From an uncultured Candidatus Saccharibacteria bacterium (GTDB taxonomy: Bacteria > Patescibacteriota > Minisyncoccia > UBA6257 > 2-01-FULL-56-20): 60,134 bases of DNA. Of the stretch, positions 28,744-39,992 are shown one piece after another. The notes beneath the pieces were generated by a model, which made no database searches, was not told where the DNA came from, and saw only the letters and a program-made list of their open reading frames with translations. The stretch lies in contig CAZDFQ010000005.1 in NCBI GenBank assembly GCA_964505005.1, forward strand, positions 1 to 60,134, written 5' to 3'. Made by a program: the position numbers and the translations under genes. Numbering within the stretch: position 1 is the stretch's first letter; each line of letters opens with the position of its first letter.

Positions 28744-29544
28744 ATGAAAAAAGAATTTCAGAACAAAAAATTGATTGTTTTCGACCTTGACGGCACGCTC
28801 ACTGAAAGTAAATCAGTTATGGATTCGGGGATGGCGAAACTTTTGGCGAAGCTGTTGGAGGAGAAAAGAGTCGCGGTTATCGGCGGCGGCAAATTCGGGC
28901 AATTCAAAAATCAATTTACTTCTCGTCTTGAATGTCTGCCGGCGGGACTGAAAAATCTTTTTTTGTTTCCGACTAATTCCACTTCTTTTTACCGGTTTGA
29001 ACGCGGCCGCTGGAAAAAAATTTATGAATTCCGGCTGAAAAGTTCCGAAGTAAATAAAATTTCCAAAGCTTTTCAGGAAACATTCAAAAAATTCGGCTAT
29101 CAGCATCCTGAAAGAAACTATGGGCCGATTATCGAGAACCGCGGCACCCAGATTACTTTTTCCGCTCTCGGTCAGGAGATTGTCAGCCGGCTCGGCCGGC
29201 GCGGTTTAAAACTTAAAGAGAAATGGCACCGAGAAAATAATAAATTGCGGTTGCGGATGGCCGCTTTTCTTCAGAAACTTTTACCGGAATTCGAAGTCCG
29301 GGTCGGCGGCCTGACTTCCATCGATGTGACCAAAAAGGGCATTGATAAAGCTTACGGGGTCAGACAAATCAGCAAACATCTTCGCATTCCCATCAAAGAT
29401 ATGCTTTTTGTGGGCGATGCGCTTTTCCCGGGCGGCAATGATTATGCGGCCAGAAGAACCGGTGTTGATTGTTTAGAAGTCAGCGGCCCAACAGAAACCA
29501 AAAAATTCATAAACTTTTTGCTTGCCCCTCGCCTTTTGGTATAA
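28744..29544 (+). CDS. HAD-IIB hydrolase (phosphomannomutase-like)
   Basis: FDLDGTL, ENRGTQITFS, GGLTSID, VGDALFPGGND. Confidence 0.9.
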   Translation: MKKEFQNKKLIVFDLDGTLTESKSVMDSGMAKLLAKLLEEKRVAVIGGGKFGQFKNQFTSRLECLPAGLKNLFLFPTNSTSFYRFERGRWKKIYEFRLKSSEVNKISKAFQETFKKFGYQHPERNYGPIIENRGTQITFSALGQEIVSRLGRRGLKLKEKWHRENNKLRLRMAAFLQKLLPEFEVRVGGLTSIDVTKKGIDKAYGVRQISKHLRIPIKDMLFVGDALFPGGNDYAARRTGVDCLEVSGPTETKKFINFLLAPRLLV

Positions 29545-29714
29545 ATTCACGCAGAATGTCTACTTCCTAAAATTAAAGAGTATATGACTCGCGCCCCAAA
29601 AGGTGAGGGGTGGAAAACCTGTTGAGAAATTGTTTATTCAGGGGGGATTGATATTTAAAATTTTTTTGGTAATTTTTAATCAGCACCAAATCTCGGCGAA
29701 AGGAGGTGAGAACC

Positions 29715-29990
29715 ATGAACGCCGAGGATGTCAAGCAGAAGGAGGAGGCGATTGTTCGCTTCCTCAAGCGGCTGGCTGGTATGGCGGACATCAAGCTGGG
29801 TCCCAAGCCCAGCGAAGAGGAGCTGGAGCGAATCAGAGCGGTTTTCAACGTGGTGGCGCGGGTGCGTCGTAGCGTTGAAGAGGCGCTCAACGAGCTGGAG
29901 CGGGCTGAGGAAACGCTCAGTCGCCGGCTCGAGAACGATAACAGCTCCAAGAATAACCGCAACGGCTCCACCCTGATGGCAATCGCCTGA
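29715..29990 (+). CDS. small GC-rich coiled-coil hypothetical protein
   Basis: SD AAAGGAGGTGA; downstream hairpin. Confidence 0.7.
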   Translation: MNAEDVKQKEEAIVRFLKRLAGMADIKLGPKPSEEELERIRAVFNVVARVRRSVEEALNELERAEETLSRRLENDNSSKNNRNGSTLMAIA

Positions 29991-30340
29991 ACGGAGGAAG
30001 CCCGATGCTCCAGCCAGCTGCCAGCCGATAAAGCGCCCAAAAGAGGAAACTCTGCGGGCGCTTTGCATTTTAATAATCCGACTTCTTATTTCATTCGCAT
30101 CATTCGCATAAGAATTCGCCCGCCTGCCAAAGCCTGTCAATCAAATTTTAGTAGTGATTTCAAAACGGTCGGAAATGTCCAAATTATTATCCCAGTCATC
30201 TTAGAAGGCAATTGGCGGGCAGGTATTATTCGCATTATGTTAAGCCGCTTAAAATATAATGCTAATCTACGAATTAGTTCGAATGATGCGAATAATGTTT
30301 TCCACTTGATAATCGTAATTATTGAGTTATACTGCTGGAG

Positions 30341-30850
30341 ATGCCTGAATTCTTAAATAGTTCTTTTGGATTCAAATTGACCATCCGGCAGGTGGCCGAG
30401 GAAATCATCCGGTTTATGCTGGCGGACAGCCGGCGCCGCTACAAAATTATGATTGGCACCGATTCCGAGCGTTTGGCTGACAGCCGGGCCGACTTCGTGA
30501 CCGCAGTGGTAATCCATCGGATAGGCAACGGCGGTCGTTATTTCTGGCGCCGGCTGGAGCTCGGTAAATTCCCTACGCTTCGCCAGCGAATCATCCAGGA
30601 AGTTTTGATTTCCCTTGAATTGGGCAAAGAAATTCTGACCGAGCTGAAAAAAATCTCCAATCCCCTCGGCGGAGACAAAAAAACTGCTCTGCCGGATTGG
30701 AATTTTGAAGTCCATGTCGACATCGGCGAGTTCGGACCGACTAAAGCTATGATTCAGGAAGTTGTCGGCATGATTCGCGCCAATAATTTCGCGGCCATCA
30801 CCAAACCGGAAAGCTACGCGGCCTCCAAAGTGGCGGACCGCCACGTTTAA
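30341..30850 (+). CDS. RNase H-like YkuK/DUF458 protein
   Basis: IGTDS, EVHVDIG, AASKVADRH. Confidence 0.88.
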   Translation: MPEFLNSSFGFKLTIRQVAEEIIRFMLADSRRRYKIMIGTDSERLADSRADFVTAVVIHRIGNGGRYFWRRLELGKFPTLRQRIIQEVLISLELGKEILTELKKISNPLGGDKKTALPDWNFEVHVDIGEFGPTKAMIQEVVGMIRANNFAAITKPESYAASKVADRHV

Positions 30851-30968
30851 AAGCATTGAAACCATCAGCATAAATCAGCTGCCATCAGCATTTATCAGCG
30901 TTTTGCGGAGATTCAAGTTCAAGACCGCTGATTTATGCTGATAATGGTTGATTGATGCGGATTTTTAT

Positions 30969-32366
30969 ATGAGGAGGATTTATTTCGACTACGCGGCTTC
31001 GACGCCGGTTGACCCCAGGGTTGAAGCCGCAATGCGGCCTTATTTTTCAGAAAAATTCGGCAATGCTTCTTCGCTCCATTCATTTGGACAGGAGGCCTTA
31101 GCGGCGGTTGACAACGCGCGCGAAACCATTGCGAAAGCCATCGGGCGTCCGCCAGCCGGCGGATTCCGCGAAATAATTTTCACCGGCTCGGCCACCGAAG
31201 CGAACAATTTGGCGCTCCGCGGCGTCATTAACGCGACTCGAAAAACTCGAATTTCACTCGAATTATCCGAAAAAAACCATTCGAGTCATTCGGGTGTATT
31301 CGTAGATTCGGGTCGCGTAAGGATGATTGTATCATCCATTGAGCATGAATCCATTCTGGAAACCGCCCGCGACCTTGAAAACGAAGGCCGCACTGAAGTC
31401 GTCTATTTGCCGGTTGATAAGAGCGGCCTGATTGACCTTGAAGAACTGAAAAAATCTTTGACTGAAAATACGATTCTTGTTTCGGTCATGTATGCTAATA
31501 ATGAGATTGGGACAATTCAGCCGGTCGCGGAAATTTCGAAAATAATTTCAGAATTTAGAAAACAGAAAATAGAAAATAGAAACACGAAAAATTCTATATT
31601 CTACTTTCTAAATTCTAAATTCTATCCCTTATTCCACACCGACGCTGTTCAGGCCTTCCAGTATCTTGATTGCGACGTCAATAAACTCGGCGTTGACTTG
31701 ATGACTTTGTCAGGTCATAAAATCTACGGGCCGAAAGGTAGCGGCGCGCTGTATATAAGACCTATAGGACTTATAAGTCCTATAGGTCCTATCGTTACCG
31801 GCGGCGGTCAGGAATTCGGGCTTCGTTCCGGCACGGAAAATGTGCCGGCCATTGTTGGTTTTGGCAAAGCCGTCGAGTTGGCCACGGCGGTTCGTGAAAA
31901 AGAAGTTAAGAGAGTCGGGAAGCTCCGCGATTATTTCTGGCAGGGGCTGAAAAAAGTTTATCCGAAAGCGGAAATTAATGGAGCCGCGACCCGAAAAATT
32001 CGAACCTCATCCGAATTACCCGAAAAAAATAAAAATCATTCGGGGCATTCGGATGCATTCGCCCGCCCGCCTTCGAGTTGCCGAAGGCAAGTCGGGCAGG
32101 TAGATTCGGATTGCTTACCCAATATTCTGAACGTTTATTTCCCGGATTATCGGGCCGACGAACTGCTCACCCGCTTTGATTTAGTGGGCTTAGCAGTTTC
32201 TGCTGGTTCGGCCTGTTCCAGCCGGTCAGCCGAGCCTTCCTATATTATAAGGGCGCTTGGCCATGATAATGAACGGGCGAAAAGAAGCCTTCGTTTCAGT
32301 TTCGGCCGACCGACAACCAGAAAGGATATTGACAAGGCGCTAAAAATCATTAGAGGATTAATATAA
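30969..32366 (+). CDS. iscS: cysteine desulfurase with five in-frame repeat insertions
   Basis: YFDYAASTP, ATEANN, HTDAVQ, SGHKIYGPKG, RSGTENV, SAGSACSS. Confidence 0.93.
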   Translation: MRRIYFDYAASTPVDPRVEAAMRPYFSEKFGNASSLHSFGQEALAAVDNARETIAKAIGRPPAGGFREIIFTGSATEANNLALRGVINATRKTRISLELSEKNHSSHSGVFVDSGRVRMIVSSIEHESILETARDLENEGRTEVVYLPVDKSGLIDLEELKKSLTENTILVSVMYANNEIGTIQPVAEISKIISEFRKQKIENRNTKNSIFYFLNSKFYPLFHTDAVQAFQYLDCDVNKLGVDLMTLSGHKIYGPKGSGALYIRPIGLISPIGPIVTGGGQEFGLRSGTENVPAIVGFGKAVELATAVREKEVKRVGKLRDYFWQGLKKVYPKAEINGAATRKIRTSSELPEKNKNHSGHSDAFARPPSSCRRQVGQVDSDCLPNILNVYFPDYRADELLTRFDLVGLAVSAGSACSSRSAEPSYIIRALGHDNERAKRSLRFSFGRPTTRKDIDKALKIIRGLI

Positions 32367-32401
32367 TAAGACCTATAAGTCCAATAAGTCCTATAGGACC
32401 T

Positions 32402-33697
32402 ATGAACAATAACTTCGATAAAAAAATTTTAATAGTTGCGGTTGCCGGCATCGTCATCGGCGTCATTGTTGCTCCGGCTTTGAGAACGCCATCAGCCCAG
32501 GCGAACATTTTGAATGATTTATGGAACAGCCTGATTTCGCCTTTTGCCAAGAACATCACCCCCCAAGTCAGCACTTCTTCATTGCCAAGTTATCAGAACA
32601 CTTCTAACAAGTCGGCTTATCAGCCGGTCCTTGACTATGAAAGGGCGGTCATCGAAGCAGTCAAAAAGGCCTCGCCGGCTGTGGTTTCGGTAACTATTTC
32701 CAAATATGTTCCAATTATTGAGCAATGCCCTTATAATCCTTTTTCTGATTTACCGCCGGAATTCCAGCAGTTCTTTGGCCAAACGCCTCAATTTTACACT
32801 CCCTGCGATACTGGCAAAAAACAACTTCAGGAAGTGGGCGGCGGCAGCGGTTTTATAATCTCTTCGACCGGCTTGATTTTGACCAATAAACATGTGGTTT
32901 CGGAAAAAAGCGCTGCCTATACTGTTTTGACCAATGACGGCAAAAAATACGAGGCCCTAGTTTTGGCTCGGGACCCGGTCCAGGACCTGGCCGTTCTAAA
33001 ACTAAAAATAGAAGCTACGAATTTGCCGACTGTGGAATTAGGCGATTCAGATTCGGTTGAGCTTGGGCAGACCGCCATTGCCATCGGCAATGCCCTGGGC
33101 GAATTCCGAAACACCGTTTCGGTTGGGGTAGTTTCCGGTTTGGCCCGAACCGTTACTGCTTCCGGCCCTGGTTTTGGCGAAGAAACCATTCAGGGAGTTA
33201 TTCAGACCGATGCGGCAATCAATCCCGGCAACTCCGGCGGACCGCTTCTTAATCTCCGCGGCCAGGTTATCGGCATCAACACCGCCGTTGCTTCCGGCGC
33301 CCAGAACATTGGTTTTGCCATCCCGATTAATCGGGCCAAGCGCGATATCGAGTCAGTTAAAACCAGCGGCGAAATCAAAGTGCCGTTTCTCGGCGTGCGT
33401 TACCTCGCCGTGACGCCGGACATCGCTCAGCAACAAAAACTACCGGTTGATTACGGCGCTTTGGTTCAAAAAAGCGACAGCGGTTCGGCTGTCCAGCCCA
33501 ATTCGCCGGCGGCCAAAGCCGGGATTAAAGCCGGCGACATAATTTTGGAGCTCGATGGCCAGAAGATTGATAAAGACCATTTACTCGGCAATCTGATTTC
33601 GGAAAAGAATGTTGGCCAGACGATTCGTCTTAAAATAAATCGGGCCGGCAAAGAAATTGAACTTGATGTTATCCTTGAAAAACGGCCGAACTTATAG
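32402..33697 (+). CDS. htrA: HtrA/DegP-family serine protease with one PDZ domain
   Basis: LTNKHVV, DLAVL, GNSGGPL catalytic triad. Confidence 0.93.
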   Translation: MNNNFDKKILIVAVAGIVIGVIVAPALRTPSAQANILNDLWNSLISPFAKNITPQVSTSSLPSYQNTSNKSAYQPVLDYERAVIEAVKKASPAVVSVTISKYVPIIEQCPYNPFSDLPPEFQQFFGQTPQFYTPCDTGKKQLQEVGGGSGFIISSTGLILTNKHVVSEKSAAYTVLTNDGKKYEALVLARDPVQDLAVLKLKIEATNLPTVELGDSDSVELGQTAIAIGNALGEFRNTVSVGVVSGLARTVTASGPGFGEETIQGVIQTDAAINPGNSGGPLLNLRGQVIGINTAVASGAQNIGFAIPINRAKRDIESVKTSGEIKVPFLGVRYLAVTPDIAQQQKLPVDYGALVQKSDSGSAVQPNSPAAKAGIKAGDIILELDGQKIDKDHLLGNLISEKNVGQTIRLKINRAGKEIELDVILEKRPNL

Positions 33698-33856
33698 TAT
33701 AATTAGTTTCGCGAGCCGCTGGCGAGCAAACCTCGGCGGAGCCAAGTATCTCCACGATATCAATGTGATATTTGCAGCGTCGCTGCGATACTGATAGATA
33801 TTAATTATTAATTGTCATTTTGATTTTTGAATTTTGCATTTTGAATTTTATTTATT

Positions 33857-36514
33857 ATGCCTCAATTTCATCGTTTTACTATTAAAGCCCAGGAGGCGCT
33901 TCAGAACGCTCAGGAATTGGCCGCGGCCCGAAGCCACGGTGAATTAAAAACCATTCACCTTCTTTCGAGTCTGCTCGAAGACCAGCAGTCCCTGGTCCAG
34001 CCGATGCTTCTCCGGAGCGGCGTTAATATCGAGAAACTTCATCGCGAACTGGAAGCCGAACTTAACCGCTTGCCGAAACTCGTCAGCGGCTCCAATGTCG
34101 GCCAGCTTTATCTTTCCCAAGAATTGATGCGGGTTCTGGACCAGGCCGCCAAAATCGCCGGTCAGCAGAAAGACGAATTCATCTCCTGCGAGCATCTTTT
34201 GTTGGCTGTTTTGGACGTTGATTCACCTGCTCAGCGCATTTTGCAGAGTTTCGGTGTCAGACGCGAGGCCATGCTGCGAGTTCTCGCCCAACTTCGCGGC
34301 TCGGTCCGGATTACTGACGAAACCCCGGAATCGAAATTTCAGGTTTTAGAAAAATATGCCATTAATCTAACCGAAAAAGCCAAAGCCGGCGGGCTTGACC
34401 CGGTAATCGGTCGTGACACCGAACTGCGAAGAGTCATCCAGGTTTTGAGTCGCCGGACCAAAAATAATCCAGTTCTTATCGGTGAGCCCGGCGTCGGGAA
34501 AACCGCCATTGTCGAAGGCCTGGCTCAGCGGGTGGTGGCTGGCGACGTGCCCGAACCCCTTAAAAACAAACAGATTATCATGCTCGACCTCGGCGCCTTG
34601 ATTGCCGGCACCAAATTCCGCGGCGAATTCGAAGACCGTTTGAAGGCCTTTGTCAAAGAAATCAAAAACGCGGCCGGCCAGCTGATTCTTTTTATCGATG
34701 AAATTCACACGATTGTCGGCGCTGGCGCCGCCGAAGGCGCGGTCGATGCCTCCAATCTTTTGAAGCCGGCTCTTTCGAGAGGCGAACTTCACTGCATCGG
34801 CGCCACCACGGTCAGGGAATATCAGCGCTACATTGAAAAAGACGCGGCTTTGGAGCGCCGGTTTCAGCCGATTATGGTCGAGGAACCGAATATTGAGGAC
34901 AGCATCGCGATTCTTCGCGGGCTTAAAGAAAAATACGAAATTCATCACGGCTTGCGTATCAGCGACGAGGCGATTGTCGCCGCGGTGCAGTTATCCGCCC
35001 GTTATATAACCGACCGGTTTCTGCCGGATAAAGCCGTTGATTTGATTGACGAAGCCGCTTCGGCCAGACGTTTAGAGAGCGAGAGCTTGCCTAAAGAATT
35101 AGACCGCCTTCGTCGGGAAATAACGCGGCTCGAAGTCGAACGCCAAGCCCTTTCCAAGGAAAACCACGGGAAAAACGTCGAGCGGCTGAAAGAACTCGAT
35201 TTGGAATTGAAAAAATACAGAGAGGAAAATGACGACTTGTCAGCCAAGTGGCATGCCGAGAAAATTAAATTCGAAACCCTCCATCAGCTCCGCCAGAAAA
35301 TCGAGAATCTCCGGCGCGAAGCCGAGATAGCCGAGCGCGAAGGCAATCTTGAGCGCTTGGCTCAGATAACTTACGGCGAACTGCCGACCGCCCAGAAGGA
35401 TTTTGAGGTCTTTGAAAAAAAGAATTTTAGCGGGACCAAAGCCGCTGGTCGGCGCCGCGGCAAAGGCGCCCCGGCTGAACAATTTTTGAAAGAAGCGGTT
35501 GACAAAGAAGATGTGGCCGCCGTGGTGGCTTCCTGGACTGGCATTCCGCTTCACCGGATGCTCGAAACCGAGACCGACAAGCTGGTCAGAATTGAAGAAG
35601 TGCTTCGGCAGCGCATCATCGGTCAGACCGAAGCTATTCAGGCCGTGGCCAGTGCTTTGCGCCGAGCCCGGGCTGGCCTGGCTGATGTTGGCCGGCCACT
35701 CGGCTCGTTCATGTTCTTAGGGCCGACCGGCGTGGGGAAAACCGAGCTGGCTCGGGCGCTGGCTGAATTTATGTTCAATGACGAAAAGGCCTTAGTTAGA
35801 ATAGATATGTCCGAATATATGGAACGTCATTCAGTCAGCCGCCTGATTGGTTCGCCGCCGGGCTATGTTGGCTACGAGGAAGGCGGGCAGCTGACCGAAA
35901 CCATCAGGCACCGGCCTTACAGTTTGATTCTTTTTGATGAAATCGAAAAAGCCCATCCAGAAGTTTTCAATCTGCTTTTGCAGATTCTGGACAACGGCCG
36001 ATTGACTGACAGCAAAGGCAAACTCGTTAATTTCAAAAATGCCATCATCATCATGACTTCCAATGTCGGCAGTCAGTATCTCCGCGCCATGTCCACCTTG
36101 GGCTTCAGCACTTCCACTAATGAACAATTAAAAAAAGAAGAAGATGATTATCGCGAAAAAATAAAAAGCGCTTTGCGGGAAAATTTCCGGCCAGAGTTTC
36201 TGAACCGCATTGATGAAATCATTATCTTCAATCCTTTGAAGCCGGAGGACATCGAAAAAATCGTTGACTTGCAACTCAAAGAAATTGAAGAACGGCTGGC
36301 CGAGCGTAAAATAAAAATTGCCATCGAGCCGGCCGCCAGAAAATATTTAGCTAAGGAGGGCTTTGACCCGGAATTCGGGGCCCGGCCCCTGAAGCGGCTG
36401 ATGCAAAAACTTATTCTCGACAAACTGGCCGACAAAATCATTCGCGGCGAACTGAAAGACGGCGGCAAAGTCAAAGTCAATTTCAAAGTCGATTCCCTGG
36501 TTTTTTCTCCGTAG
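33857..36514 (+). CDS. clpB: ATP-dependent chaperone ClpB
   Basis: two AAA modules ([16 protein letters not shown]) with a long middle coiled coil. Confidence 0.93.
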   Translation: MPQFHRFTIKAQEALQNAQELAAARSHGELKTIHLLSSLLEDQQSLVQPMLLRSGVNIEKLHRELEAELNRLPKLVSGSNVGQLYLSQELMRVLDQAAKIAGQQKDEFISCEHLLLAVLDVDSPAQRILQSFGVRREAMLRVLAQLRGSVRITDETPESKFQVLEKYAINLTEKAKAGGLDPVIGRDTELRRVIQVLSRRTKNNPVLIGEPGVGKTAIVEGLAQRVVAGDVPEPLKNKQIIMLDLGALIAGTKFRGEFEDRLKAFVKEIKNAAGQLILFIDEIHTIVGAGAAEGAVDASNLLKPALSRGELHCIGATTVREYQRYIEKDAALERRFQPIMVEEPNIEDSIAILRGLKEKYEIHHGLRISDEAIVAAVQLSARYITDRFLPDKAVDLIDEAASARRLESESLPKELDRLRREITRLEVERQALSKENHGKNVERLKELDLELKKYREENDDLSAKWHAEKIKFETLHQLRQKIENLRREAEIAEREGNLERLAQITYGELPTAQKDFEVFEKKNFSGTKAAGRRRGKGAPAEQFLKEAVDKEDVAAVVASWTGIPLHRMLETETDKLVRIEEVLRQRIIGQTEAIQAVASALRRARAGLADVGRPLGSFMFLGPTGVGKTELARALAEFMFNDEKALVRIDMSEYMERHSVSRLIGSPPGYVGYEEGGQLTETIRHRPYSLILFDEIEKAHPEVFNLLLQILDNGRLTDSKGKLVNFKNAIIIMTSNVGSQYLRAMSTLGFSTSTNEQLKKEEDDYREKIKSALRENFRPEFLNRIDEIIIFNPLKPEDIEKIVDLQLKEIEERLAERKIKIAIEPAARKYLAKEGFDPEFGARPLKRLMQKLILDKLADKIIRGELKDGGKVKVNFKVDSLVFSP

Positions 36515-36579
36515 CCGGAAACCTCAAAGATTGCTTGGTCGTCGCCGCTTTGGTCAACGCCGGAGGATTTTGGATTGAC

Positions 36580-37296
36580 ATGAAATTAAACGAGAAAATA
36601 AAAAGCGCCATTCCGCTCCGCCTCTCGCTCCAGCGGTTGCTCCTTAAATCCGCTATCTTTAGTTTGAGCTGGTTCTTTTTGCCTTTTTGGCTTTTTCTTA
36701 TCCCGGCTTTTTATTTTTATTTCTTTCCGCTTTTTAATTCTAAACAGCTGGCCCTGCCATTTTTTCTAACGCTTTTGGCAGCCGCTATTCTTCCCCAGAA
36801 TTTCTGGTTCTCCTTATTTTTCGGGATTCTTCTTTATCTTATTATCGGAATAAAAAATCTGCTTTTCGTTAATCGGTCGGTTCATCATCAATTCCTCGTC
36901 TTCCTGCTTTTATTTCTCATTTTTTACGGCTTTTTTTCCGGTTTTGAAAGTTGGCAACGTTGGGATATCTCTTTATGGGCCTTAGGCCCCAGCCTGGTTT
37001 TTTTATTTTTGGTTAAAGAATTGGCCGACTACAATTCTTTAGCCGGCCACTGGCAAAAAAATTTAATCATCGGACTCGCTTCCTTTATCATCTGGCAGCT
37101 CAGCTTAGCCATTTTTTTTCTACCGCTTAATTATTTTTACGCCACCGCCCTTCTTTTCTTAGTGGCGGTTCTTTTGGCGGATATTCTGCTTGAGTATTTT
37201 GACGGCCACCTGGCGCGGCAAAAAATCCTGGTTGATTTTTCTATTTTCTTCGTTTTAGCGGTAATAATTTTAGCTTCTTCAAAATGGGTGCTTTAG
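36580..37296 (+). CDS. polytopic membrane protein
   Basis: about 7-8 hydrophobic segments. Confidence 0.75.
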   Translation: MKLNEKIKSAIPLRLSLQRLLLKSAIFSLSWFFLPFWLFLIPAFYFYFFPLFNSKQLALPFFLTLLAAAILPQNFWFSLFFGILLYLIIGIKNLLFVNRSVHHQFLVFLLLFLIFYGFFSGFESWQRWDISLWALGPSLVFLFLVKELADYNSLAGHWQKNLIIGLASFIIWQLSLAIFFLPLNYFYATALLFLVAVLLADILLEYFDGHLARQKILVDFSIFFVLAVIILASSKWVL

Positions 37297-37338
37297 AGTG
37301 TAATATATTTTCGTAATCAACCTTAAAAGAAACGAGAC

Positions 37339-38241
37339 ATGAGAAATGAGAAATTAGGGGTAACGAGAAAAATAACCAAAGCCGTTCTGCCAGCCGCCGG
37401 CCTGGGAACGAGATTTTTACCGGCCACCAAAGCCATGCCCAAGGAAATGCTGCCAGTTGTTGACAAGCCCGTAATTCAGTACGTGGTCGAGGAAGCAGTG
37501 ACTTCGGGCATTAAAGATATAGTTATCATTACCGGCTGGCACAAAAGAGCCATTGAGGACCATTTCGACCGGTCGCTGGAAATGGAACGACAGCTAAAAG
37601 AGAAAGGCAAATACGAGCAAGCCGAAGAAATAAAAAAAATTGCCGAGTTGGCCAATTTTATTTATCTCCGTCAGAAAGGGGACTTGTACGGCAACGCCAT
37701 TCCGGTTCTGACCAGCCAGCCAGTTATCGGCGAAGAGGATTTTGCGGTTCTCTGGGGCGATGAATTCATCTGGGCTGAACCGCCCCGCTTGTTCCAAATG
37801 CTCAAAGTTTATGAAAAATATCAGGGAGCGGTTATCTCGGCAATTAGTATCAACGAAAAAAATAGCCTTTCCCGTTACGGGATTGCCGCGGTCGACCACT
37901 TGGAAGATAATGTTTTCAGAATCAAGAGCATTGTCGAAAAGCCGTCGCCGGAAAACGCGCCTTCGAATTTAGCGACTCACGGCGCCTACATTCTGCCCGC
38001 GCAAATTTTTGAAATTATCAAAAATTTGAAGCCGGGCCAGGGGGGAGAAATCTGGCTGGTTGATGCCATCAACGAACTAATCAAAACCGGTTATCCGGTT
38101 TATGCCTGCGAAATCAAAAACGCTAAATATTACGATACCGGCAATAAACTGGAATATCTGAAAACCGTGGTAGAATTCGCCCTGCGCCATCCTGATTTCA
38201 ACTCTGAATTCAAAAATTATTTGAAAGGCCTCAATCTGTGA
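37339..38241 (+). CDS. galU: UTP--glucose-1-phosphate uridylyltransferase
   Basis: KAVLPAAGLGTRFLPATKAMPKEML, VEKP. Confidence 0.95.
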   Translation: MRNEKLGVTRKITKAVLPAAGLGTRFLPATKAMPKEMLPVVDKPVIQYVVEEAVTSGIKDIVIITGWHKRAIEDHFDRSLEMERQLKEKGKYEQAEEIKKIAELANFIYLRQKGDLYGNAIPVLTSQPVIGEEDFAVLWGDEFIWAEPPRLFQMLKVYEKYQGAVISAISINEKNSLSRYGIAAVDHLEDNVFRIKSIVEKPSPENAPSNLATHGAYILPAQIFEIIKNLKPGQGGEIWLVDAINELIKTGYPVYACEIKNAKYYDTGNKLEYLKTVVEFALRHPDFNSEFKNYLKGLNL

Positions 38242-38394
38242 ATCTCTAATTTCTAAATCCTAATTTCTAAACAATCCGCCGGGTGGCGGACAAATAACCG
38301 AAACCCAAAATTCTAAACCCATTTTAAGTTTAGAACATTTGGATTTAGAGATTGTTTAGGATTTAGAGATTAGGATTTAGGATTTTTCAATTTT

Positions 38395-39078
38395 ATGCAA
38401 GCAGTTATCTTAGCCGCTGGAGAAGGGGTAAGATTGCGGCCTCTGACAAATGATGTTCCTAAGTGCCTTCTTAAAGTCGGCAAAGCCACTATTTTAGAGA
38501 ACACTCTTTCTCAGCTCCCTCAGGAGATAGATGAGGTTATTCTGGTCGTCGGCCGTCTAAAAAAGAAAATTAAAGATTACATCGGGAGTTTTTTCGGTGG
38601 CCGCCGAATTCGTTATATTGAACAAGAGGACCGGCGCGGCACTGGCCACGCTCTTTTTGTTTCCAGAGACGTCCTGCGGAATGAAAAATTCTTGGTGTTG
38701 ATGGGAGACGATTTGTATATCAGAAAAGACATTGAAAATTCTCTTACTCACGGGCTTTCAATTCTGGCTCATAAGCTTGAGTCGCCGGAGCGCTTTGGCG
38801 TGCTGAAAGTGGAAAACGGCATTCTCAAAGACATCATTGAAAGCCCCAAGATTGCGGTTGGCTCGCTGGTGAATTGCGGCCTCTATGTTTTGGACAAAAG
38901 AATTTTCAACTATGAACTCGTGCCGATAAGCGAAACCGAATTCGGTCTGCCTCAGACGATTGTTAAGATGGCTAAGGACCACCCTATCCATATCGAAACC
39001 GCCAGTTTCTGGCTGCCGATTAATACTCTTCAGGATTTAAAACGCGCCGACAAATACCTAAAGAAGATTTATCAGTAG
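38395..39078 (+). CDS. sugar-phosphate nucleotidyltransferase
   Basis: VILAAGEGVRLRPLT..PKCL, GDD. Confidence 0.9.
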   Translation: MQAVILAAGEGVRLRPLTNDVPKCLLKVGKATILENTLSQLPQEIDEVILVVGRLKKKIKDYIGSFFGGRRIRYIEQEDRRGTGHALFVSRDVLRNEKFLVLMGDDLYIRKDIENSLTHGLSILAHKLESPERFGVLKVENGILKDIIESPKIAVGSLVNCGLYVLDKRIFNYELVPISETEFGLPQTIVKMAKDHPIHIETASFWLPINTLQDLKRADKYLKKIYQ

Positions 39079-39263
39079 TCTGGCAATCAGCATAAATCAG
39101 CTATCATCAGCATTTATCAGTGTTGCCGGCAAAGGAAAAGTTTTTGACACTGATTTATGCTGATTTCGGCGGATTTATGCCGATATTATTAATCCGTTGT
39201 AGAGAAAGCCGGTTTCCGGCAATCAGTTGACTTTTTTCCTCCTTTGCCGCTAAAATACTCCTG

Positions 39264-39992
39264 ATGCCAAAAACCGACCCGGCTGGATTTTTCCGGAAAA
39301 AGGCCTTTGAGCTCAGCTATGCTCTTTTTCGAATTGCGGCAATTGTCAGAAGCCGTTCTTTTGCCGATACCCTTGAGGAAAAAGCAGTGGGTCTTTTTGA
39401 CTCGACGATTTCCGGAAATGCTGGCAAAACTAAGGAAACCCTTAATAAAATCGAATATCTCATAAGATTCGGCAGCGATACCGGCTTGGTTCACTTAAGA
39501 AATGCGGAAATGGTTATAAAGGAAATCGGCAATTTGTATAGTTTGGTTGCCGATTTTCCGGAAATTCCGGAAACACCCCAAAAGCCAAAGACCGAAGAAG
39601 TAAATCTTGCCGGTATATTTTCTAAATCAATTCCGGCAAAACGGATTCCGGTAAAGAATGAGGCAGCTGTTGAGGAAGCGGAAATTCCGGCAATTGCCGA
39701 AGACAAATTGCCGGAAATAGAGGAGGAAAATGCTGCCAATTCTGCAATGCGGCAATCGGCAATTATGCAGAAATTGCAGGAAATCGGCAAATTTCCGGAA
39801 CGGCAAACTGGCTGCCGGTTCAGTGAATTGCAGGAACTGTTTCCGGAAATAAGCGATCGGACAATCCGCTACGATTTGCAGTCATTAGCTAATAGAGGCC
39901 TGATTGAAAGAATAGGCAGCGGCAAAAAGGGCTTTTATCGGCTGAAAAATCAGAGAACAGAGGTTATTGAACTCCCCGGCATTTCTTCATAA
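39264..39992 (+). CDS. hypothetical protein with C-terminal DeoR-like winged HTH
   Basis: ISDRTIRYDLQSL..RGLIERIG. Confidence 0.7.
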   Translation: MPKTDPAGFFRKKAFELSYALFRIAAIVRSRSFADTLEEKAVGLFDSTISGNAGKTKETLNKIEYLIRFGSDTGLVHLRNAEMVIKEIGNLYSLVADFPEIPETPQKPKTEEVNLAGIFSKSIPAKRIPVKNEAAVEEAEIPAIAEDKLPEIEEENAANSAMRQSAIMQKLQEIGKFPERQTGCRFSELQELFPEISDRTIRYDLQSLANRGLIERIGSGKKGFYRLKNQRTEVIELPGISS

